DNA of 32,000 nt from Roseithermus sacchariphilus (GTDB lineage Bacteria > Bacteroidota > Rhodothermia > Rhodothermales > MEBIC09517), in NCBI GenBank assembly GCA_003285105.1, contig CP030158.1, positions 3,674,449-3,706,448 on the forward strand. Reading direction: 5' to 3'. Positions 24,685-30,170 of this stretch are shown in pieces. The position numbers and the translations under genes are program-made. Positions within the stretch are counted from its first letter, which is position 1; each line of letters begins with the position of its first letter. Under the pieces are notes generated by a model. It did not search any database. It saw only the letters and a list, made by a program, of their open reading frames with translations, and was not told where the DNA came from.

Positions 24685-26124
24685 TTAACGATATGGAACT
24701 ACGACCGGCAGGCGAACCACGAAAAGGCTACCCCGAGACGGACCTTCGCTCCAGCCCTCTACGGTGCCACCATACATCTGCGTGATGGCCTGGACGATGG
24801 CCAGGCCCAGCCCACTACCGTGCCGTGCCTGCACCTCCGGCGTATCGGCCCGGTAAAACCGATCAAAGAGATGAGATTGCTGCTGGGCGTCGAATCCAAT
24901 CCCGGTATCCATCACCTCGATACGGGCCTCATTGCCGTCGTGCACCACTCTAACATGAATTCTTCCTCCAACCGGGGTATACTTGATGGCGTTGTCCAAC
25001 AGGTTGTCGACCACCTCTCCGATACGTCCACGATCGGCCTGAACGAAGACGCCTGGCGTCACGTCTATAGCCAGGTCAAGCCCCTCGCGAGCAGCCCGTC
25101 GCTGCATTCGACGAACATGTTCACTGACGACGTCTCCCAGGTCGATCGATTCGCGGGGTAATTCGTGTAATTGATCGACACGGGCGAGTTGCAACAACCC
25201 ACGAATCGTCCCCGTCATTTCTTCCACTTCTTCCATCATGGTCCGAAGCGTATCCCGGTACCCCTCCGGGGTGCGCTCGCGCCGCAGGGCAATCTCGATG
25301 CTGTTGCTCAGGGTAGTGAGTGGGGTTAGAAGTTCGTGTGCGGCATTGTCGGTGAAGCGTCGTTCCCGCTCGAAGGAGGCCTCGATGCGAGCAATCAAGG
25401 CGTTGAACGTCTCAGCCAGTTCGGTCAGTTCATCACGGACCTGAAAGCGGGTGGGCAAGCGGGCACTCAAGTTGGTCACCCGGATCTCATTGGCGGCTTC
25501 GGTAAGCGCCGCGACTGGTTGCAGTGCCCGGCGTGCCAGGAGGGACCCGCCCCAGATGGCCAGCAGGACACTCAGCACAATCCCCACAATCATTGCCAGA
25601 CGCAGCCTGTACAATTCCTGGTGTAGCGACCATTCGAACCCGGTCACCTCCAACCATCCCTGCAGGGCGTCCTCAGCGCTGAAGAGGGGCGTATACATCG
25701 AGCGCGCCGGCTTTCCTTCCCAGACCTGACTGACGGAGGCGGCCACGGTGTCTCCGGGAATGCGCACCTTGAGCGGGCTGTGTTCTGCAAAATTCGGGCT
25801 CTTGTAGAGCACAAGCCCGTCTGGAGTGAGCAGCCGCACGTAGGTACCAAAGACGCCATCGGTTTCATAGGCCACAGAGCGCAGTTCATCCAGCGAGCTA
25901 AAGGCAGGGCTACCCCCCGCAAACTGGACGTAAGGCATGAGTTGTCGCGTCTCGTGGCTCAGGTGCCTATCAAAATCGCGATGCAGACTGGCATGGAAGA
26001 AGAGATAACAGAACAGGGCAAACAGGCTCAACAGAATGAGGAGCGTGAGCCCATACCACATAGTCAGGCGCGTGGAGATACGCAAGTGCATAGAAGCAGG
26101 CATCGGGTATTGACGCTGCATCAC
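24685..26124 (-). CDS. Sensor histidine kinase, CusS/CopS-like heavy-metal sensor type
   Basis: 479-aa ORF. Two TM helices flank a ~120-aa periplasmic domain. HAMP region: LLARRALQPVAALTEAANEIRV...LTELAETFNALIARIE. H-box: RRFTDNAAHELLTPLT. HATPase motifs: DNLLDNAIKYTP, DTGIGF, GSGLGLAIV. The start is GTG 26124 or ATG 26121, overlapping the response-regulator stop by 4 nt or 1 nt. Confidence 0.88.
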   Translation of the reverse strand: MMQRQYPMPASMHLRISTRLTMWYGLTLLILLSLFALFCYLFFHASLHRDFDRHLSHETRQLMPYVQFAGGSPAFSSLDELRSVAYETDGVFGTYVRLLTPDGLVLYKSPNFAEHSPLKVRIPGDTVAASVSQVWEGKPARSMYTPLFSAEDALQGWLEVTGFEWSLHQELYRLRLAMIVGIVLSVLLAIWGGSLLARRALQPVAALTEAANEIRVTNLSARLPTRFQVRDELTELAETFNALIARIEASFERERRFTDNAAHELLTPLTTLSNSIEIALRRERTPEGYRDTLRTMMEEVEEMTGTIRGLLQLARVDQLHELPRESIDLGDVVSEHVRRMQRRAAREGLDLAIDVTPGVFVQADRGRIGEVVDNLLDNAIKYTPVGGRIHVRVVHDGNEARIEVMDTGIGFDAQQQSHLFDRFYRADTPEVQARHGSGLGLAIVQAITQMYGGTVEGWSEGPSRGSLFVVRLPVVVPYR

Positions 26125-26843
26125 GTGGCGTCATGAAGCAGATCCGGGGCCCCCTCTACCACCAGACGATACCCGACGCCCCTGACCGTTTCGATACGAA
26201 CGGCATGGGCCTCAGGGGTACCCGGCTGGACGTCCGCCAGTTTCTGCCTGAGTCCGAAGATGGTCACATCCATCACGTTGTCGGTCACACAAAACGGATC
26301 CCCCCAGACACGCTCCGCCAGCACCGTGCGCGAGATAACCTCGTCTGGATGGCGCATGAAATCTTCGAGTAAGGCAAATTCCTTGGGGCGAAGGTCCAAC
26401 CGGGCACCGTCGAAGGTGGCTTGCCGACGTCTGGTATTCACCTCGAGTAGACCCAGTTGCAGCACCTCCTGCTGCGTTGCCAGCGGGGGACGCCGCAGGA
26501 GAGCCCGGAGCCGAGCCAGCAGTTCTTCGAATTTAAAGGGCTTGGGCAAGTAATCGTCGGCACCGGCATCGAGTCCTGACACTCTATGCTCTACGTCGCT
26601 CAGCGCCGTGAGCATCAAGATCGGCATTTCCCGACCGGCGGCTCGCAAGTTCTCGACGACGGTTTTCCCATCCCGACGAGGAAGACGCCAGTCTACGATC
26701 AGCACATCGTAGGCGTTGGCCAGAGCCCTCAATTCTCCCTCTTCCCCATCTCCCGCCACATCGACGGTGTACCCTTCTTCCTCCAGACCAGTCTGGAGAG
26801 ACCTGGCCAGTCGGACTTCATCTTCGATGAGCAACAGCCACAT
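26121..26843 (-). CDS. OmpR/PhoB-family response regulator, CusR/CopR-like
   Basis: 240-aa ORF: MWLLLIEDEVRLARSLQTGLEEEGYTVDVAGDGEEG...YDVLIVDWRLPRRDG...PILMLTALSDVEHRVSGLDAGADDYLPKPFKFEELLARLRALLRR. The winged-helix output domain reads LRPKEFALLEDFMRHPDEVISRTVLAERVWG...TVRGVGYRL. Confidence 0.9.
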   Translation of the reverse strand: MWLLLIEDEVRLARSLQTGLEEEGYTVDVAGDGEEGELRALANAYDVLIVDWRLPRRDGKTVVENLRAAGREMPILMLTALSDVEHRVSGLDAGADDYLPKPFKFEELLARLRALLRRPPLATQQEVLQLGLLEVNTRRRQATFDGARLDLRPKEFALLEDFMRHPDEVISRTVLAERVWGDPFCVTDNVMDVTIFGLRQKLADVQPGTPEAHAVRIETVRGVGYRLVVEGAPDLLHDAT

Positions 26844-26899
26844 GGACAGAGCAGAAGCGATTGAAGTTGTAGTGCGAAGTGTCTACCCGGTGACCACAC

Positions 26900-26931
26900 A
26901 AAGTTTCGCACCTTAATAAAGTTTAAGCACC
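26900..26931. promoter_or_regulatory. Imperfect direct repeat AAAGTTTCGCACC / AAAGTTTAAGCACC enclosing the dyad CTTAA-N6-TTAAG (26912-26927); candidate autoregulatory site upstream of the response-regulator gene
   Basis: Read directly. It lies 57-88 nt upstream of the response-regulator ATG (26843, minus strand). TTAA cores start at 26913 and 26923, a 10-bp spacing. The functional role is inferred. Confidence 0.35.
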
Positions 26932-26993
26932 CCGATGAACGCCGTGGCTCCCCAGAAACACCCTGTCGATCTGAGCAAAACATTCAGAACGGA

Positions 26994-27021
26994 CTTAACG
27001 GATTTTAAGGAGCCCTTAAGC
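26994..27021. promoter_or_regulatory. Three helically phased TTAA(C/G) boxes (starts 26995, 27005, 27016), including the dyad CTTAA-N6-TTAAG and CCTTAAGC; candidate OmpR-family response-regulator binding site
   Basis: Read directly: aCTTAACggattTTAAGgagccCTTAAGCtagc. OmpR/PhoB-family regulators bind direct repeats spaced by about one helical turn, which is established. Binding by this regulator is inference. Confidence 0.35.
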
Positions 27022-27348
27022 TAGCATTCAGGCGTCCGTTCCGGTCTTGTGAGCCGAAGAAGGGATTCGGTTGATTCCCGCCCGTCACAGAGACATCCTT
27101 GCAACCCATGCAAAACCGCATGACCCACCATGACGTGGTTCATCATTGCAATGACATTATGGGTGGTGTTCCTGCTCGTTTGCTAGATCGTGCTCGACGC
27201 TGGCCTGCTTCCATCACGTCGGCCTGATGCAGACGCTGACGGGAGGACAGGCACCAGCAACACCACGACTCCAACGATGCAACCTCCAGCTCCACCACGC
27301 TAACGACGGGTTTAAATGATACCACTAACCATCCGAATGAGGTATTCC

Positions 27349-28092
27349 ATGACTACCAGACCATCGTCTACCACGAGGCAGGCAGGGGCATGGTTGATGG
27401 CCACGTTGCTGATGCTATGCGTCGGCACACGTCCGGCAGTCGCCCAGCACCAGATCCATCACCCAGACCGGTCCGCCGCTGAACAGGCCGATACGACCCA
27501 CGGCATGATGAGCCTGAGGCAGGGGGGCATGATGCAGGACCCGATGACAGGCATGATGCCGCAGCACATGCAGATGATGCAGCTTCATGTGCAAATGACG
27601 CTGGATATCATGCAGGATCCGCTACGCCGATCGACCTTGATCGTCTACGTGTTACCGACTCTGCAAGAGCCGCTCGCCCTGACAGACGAGCAGGTGAACG
27701 AACTCAAGCAACTGACACAGCAGTTCAAAAAGCAGACAATGGCGCACCAGGAGCAGATGAAGCAGGCAACTGCACAGCTCAAGGAGATCCTGGCCCCGGG
27801 CGACGCCGCGCCGGAGCGGGTCCGGGAACAGCTTGAAGAAACCGCCCGGCACCGTGCCCGGATGCAGGCCCTTGCCTACGAGACTGCCGTGAAGATGAAG
27901 GGCGTGCTCACCGCCGAGCAGCGGGCGGCGCTCGCCGAGATGAAACCCATGCAATTGCACCACCACATGATGAGGAACATGACCATGATGGAAATGATGC
28001 AGGCCATGCAGCCCGGTATGATGTCCTGTGGGATGATGCAGGGCGGTATGATGGGGATGAAGAAGAATACAGCCGGCTCCGGAGCCGGCTGA
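27349..28092 (+). CDS. Periplasmic Spy/CpxP/ZraP-like (LTXXQ) protein with Met/His-rich N- and C-terminal tracts; putative copper-binding chaperone
   Basis: ORF 27316..28092; the likely ATG is at 27349, preceded by GAGG (MTTRPSSTTRQAGAWLMATLLMLCVGTRPAVA|QHQ signal peptide). Two LTXXQ motifs are present (LALTDEQVNELKQL, GVLTAEQRAALAEM) in a helical core. The flanks are HGMMSLRQGGMMQDPMTGMMPQHMQMMQLHVQM and MQLHHHMMRNMTMMEMMQAMQPGMMSCGMMQGGMMGM. Confidence 0.75.
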   Translation: MTTRPSSTTRQAGAWLMATLLMLCVGTRPAVAQHQIHHPDRSAAEQADTTHGMMSLRQGGMMQDPMTGMMPQHMQMMQLHVQMTLDIMQDPLRRSTLIVYVLPTLQEPLALTDEQVNELKQLTQQFKKQTMAHQEQMKQATAQLKEILAPGDAAPERVREQLEETARHRARMQALAYETAVKMKGVLTAEQRAALAEMKPMQLHHHMMRNMTMMEMMQAMQPGMMSCGMMQGGMMGMKKNTAGSGAG

Positions 28093-28130
28093 AGACATCC
28101 CCAGATCTCGTCCTTAAGCAGGCGGGTCGC

Positions 28131-28163
28131 GCCATACTAAAGCCATACTAAAGCCATACTAAA
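28131..28163. repeat. Perfect tandem repeat, 3 x 11 bp (GCCATACTAAA)
   Basis: Read directly: copies at 28131-28141, 28142-28152 and 28153-28163. They lie in the 98-bp spacer between the Spy-like gene stop (28092) and the SHOCT gene start (28191). A second copy of the octamer CCTTAAGC sits 12 nt upstream at 28112-28119. Confidence 0.95.
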
Positions 28164-28190
28164 AAGGAATCAGAAATACGAAGCAGAATC

Positions 28191-28418
28191 ATGTTCGACG
28201 AATATCATAACATGTGGGGCATGCACTGGGGATGGTGGGTCTTCTGGATCGCCTTCATCCTCGTTGTCGTGATGCTGTACTGGCGTGGCCGGACGGAGCC
28301 CACGACCTCCACCCGGGAAACGCCCCTGGAGATGCTCCAGCGGCGCTATGCGGCCGGAGAGATCACAACCGAAGAGTATGAGGAACGCAAGAAGCGCCTG
28401 GAGCGCGACCGGCTTTAA
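28191..28418 (+). CDS. SHOCT-domain small membrane protein
   Basis: 75-aa ORF. It has one Trp-rich TM helix (WGWWVFWIAFILVVVMLYW) and a C-terminal SHOCT-type motif, LEMLQRRYAAGEITTEEYEERKKRLE. Confidence 0.7.
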   Translation: MFDEYHNMWGMHWGWWVFWIAFILVVVMLYWRGRTEPTTSTRETPLEMLQRRYAAGEITTEEYEERKKRLERDRL

Positions 28419-28471
28419 CCTTTTTAGAAGCTACCCAGACTCACCCATCCTCTTTCGTACCCGACCGGCAC

Positions 28472-29548
28472 ATGATTCCTCTGCCCGAGTGGGCGCCTAA
28501 CGTCCACCCCCTCATCGTCCATTTCCCCATCGCGCTGCTGGCAACGGCCGCGCTCGTGGACCTTTTCTCGCTCTTTACCCGCAAGTGGCAGGGCACGCGC
28601 ATTGCGGCTGCGGTGCTCTACGCACTCGGTGCGGTGGGCACGCTGGCGGCCTACCTCTCCGGGCAGGATGCCGCCGACGGGCTGAATCTTCCGGCCACGG
28701 TCATCCCGCATGTGACCGACCATGCCGACTGGGCCGAACGCACCCTCTGGTATTTCGGGATCTATGCCGTGGTGCGTCTCTTCGTGCTCTGGTTTGAGCT
28801 CAAGGGCAGGCGCTGGACGCAGGGATGGATGCGCGTGTTGCTCTTTCTCGTCGGTGCCGGCGGCTACTACCTGGTGATGCAAACCGGCGACCACGGGGCA
28901 AAGCTCGTCTACGCCTACGGCGCCGGCGTGCAGCCGATCATGGATCAAATAACGAACCAGCCGGCCCGACGCGAGCCGGTTGCGCCCGGCCAGGTCGCAC
29001 GCGTGCAGGTCCAGGAAGATGGCTCCTGGTACCTGGTTGTCGGCGCGGGTGCGCGCCAGGTGCATCCGCAAGACCTGCGCTTCGTGCTGGGCGGCTTCGA
29101 AGACCTGCTCGTCGAGGCGGCCGAGACAGACACGGCCCTCACCGTGCAGCTTCAAGGAGGTCCCGTGCTGTTTACTGCCGGGGGGCCCATCGGCAGCGTG
29201 CAGGCCGAGGCTACACTAAACCTCGCGTTGTTCGACGGCACCCTGCGCCTCGTGCATCACGTGCAGGATGCACAGAATTATGATTTTCTGGAAGTTGCCA
29301 GCGGCCGAATGCGACAGGGCCGCGTACAGAGTGGCAGTGTTGAAATCTTCGATGACAAGCCCTTCCAAGCCCAGGATTGGATCAACCTTCAAGCCGTCAG
29401 CGACGGTACGCACTTCCGGGGATATGCCGCTGGCGAAATGCTCACGCACGGCCATGGAAACGTCCCACGGCCAGGTGCCGTGGGCCTCTACCTCGACGGT
29501 ACTGGCACGGTGCTCTTGCGGCGCCTGGCGGCCTCCTCGCTACGATAA
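28472..29548 (+). CDS. DUF2231-type 4-TM membrane protein fused to an unassigned ~190-aa beta-rich domain
   Basis: 358-aa ORF. The N-terminus, NVHPLIVHFPIALLATAALVDLF, matches the DUF2231 signature (HP.lVHFPIal), and three further TM helices end near aa 138. The C-terminal domain (nt ~28979-29545) contains WYLVVG...FEDLLVEA...LRLVHHVQDAQNYDFLEV...GSVEIFDDKPFQAQDWINLQAVSDGTHFRGYAAGEMLTHGHG...GAVGLYLDGTGTVLLRRL. By eye this resembles a LamG/DUF1080-like jelly-roll, but the call is weak. Confidence 0.68.
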   Translation: MIPLPEWAPNVHPLIVHFPIALLATAALVDLFSLFTRKWQGTRIAAAVLYALGAVGTLAAYLSGQDAADGLNLPATVIPHVTDHADWAERTLWYFGIYAVVRLFVLWFELKGRRWTQGWMRVLLFLVGAGGYYLVMQTGDHGAKLVYAYGAGVQPIMDQITNQPARREPVAPGQVARVQVQEDGSWYLVVGAGARQVHPQDLRFVLGGFEDLLVEAAETDTALTVQLQGGPVLFTAGGPIGSVQAEATLNLALFDGTLRLVHHVQDAQNYDFLEVASGRMRQGRVQSGSVEIFDDKPFQAQDWINLQAVSDGTHFRGYAAGEMLTHGHGNVPRPGAVGLYLDGTGTVLLRRLAASSLR

Positions 29549-29576
29549 CCCGAACGTTCCACGCCCTCCTGATTCC

Positions 29577-30086
29577 ATGATCGCCACTCGCCTTCTCGCT
29601 GCCACGTTACTCCTCTGCTTACCTGGTCTGGCCGCCTGCACCGCTGATGAGCCACCCGTTGCCATGCCCGACCCGCAAGTGGCTCCCGCCCGCGCGAATG
29701 ATGCTCATGCGGCCGTTGAAACGGTGCTCGAACGCCAGGAACAGGCCATCCGGGAAGCCGACATGGCGGCGCTCGACGCGCTCTGGTCCGGCAGCGAAGG
29801 CGTCTACGTCTTCGAGCAAGGCGGGGTGGACAGTTCCTGGGCTGCCTACCGGGATCACCATCTCGGGCCGGAGCTTGAGGCACTCGAAGACCTCGACTTC
29901 CGGCACGAGGACGTCCGCATCCGCGCCAGCGGCGACCTGGCCGTGGCAACGGGGCGCTACGTCCTGACAGCCCACCACGACGGGCAGGACATCGAGAGCC
30001 GGGGCGTCTTCACCACCGCCCTGGAGCGCGAGGCGGGCACCTGGAAGATCGTCCACTCGCACCTGAGCCGCCGTCCGCGCCGGTAG
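29577..30086 (+). CDS. SnoaL/DUF4440-like (NTF2-fold) lipoprotein
   Basis: ORF 29268..30086 overlaps the previous gene. An in-frame ATG at 29577 gives MIATRLLAATLLLCLPGLAAC (lipobox LAA|C). The mature part, AVETVLERQEQAIREADMAALDALWSGSEGVYVFEQGG...GDLAVATGRYVLTAHHDGQDIESRGVFTTALEREAGTWKIVHSHLS, is the typical NTF2-like/DUF4440 pattern. Confidence 0.65.
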   Translation: MIATRLLAATLLLCLPGLAACTADEPPVAMPDPQVAPARANDAHAAVETVLERQEQAIREADMAALDALWSGSEGVYVFEQGGVDSSWAAYRDHHLGPELEALEDLDFRHEDVRIRASGDLAVATGRYVLTAHHDGQDIESRGVFTTALEREAGTWKIVHSHLSRRPRR

Positions 30087-30100
30087 CCGTTGAAAAAAAT

Positions 30101-30136
30101 ACAGGCGTAGACCGATGGAAAGTCTGCGCCGCCTGT
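30101..30136. terminator. Stem-loop (ACAGGCG-TAGAC...GTCTG-bulge-CGCCTGT) between the SnoaL-like gene and copA, with an A7 tract on its left
   Basis: Read directly. 30101-30107 pairs with 30130-30136, and 30108-30112 pairs with 30122-30126 (one G-U pair), leaving a 3-nt bulge and a 9-nt loop. A7 lies at 30093-30099 and only a weak T-run (ctgttt) is on the right. The U-tract geometry therefore fits minus-strand termination better than plus-strand termination, so the role is unclear. Confidence 0.3.
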
Positions 30137-30170
30137 CTGTTTACCTGACCCGATTGTTTTCCAACTTGCT

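Noticed and set aside
26729-27325. Minus-strand ORFs 26729..26983 (84 aa) and 27143..27325 (60 aa) in or near the divergent intergenic region
   Set aside because: The first overlaps the response-regulator 5' end out of frame. The second is Ser/Arg/Cys-rich with no ribosome-binding site and runs antisense into the Spy-like gene's upstream region. Neither has any family resemblance.
28131-28163. CRISPR array
   Set aside because: The 11-bp units are contiguous with no spacers, which is far too short and too few for a CRISPR. The same reasoning applies to the 13- and 14-bp duplications at 12935-12998.
29268-29576. 103-codon N-terminal extension of the SnoaL-like ORF
   Set aside because: It overlaps the DUF2231-fusion gene out of frame. 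An in-frame ATG at 29577 yields a textbook lipoprotein signal peptide.
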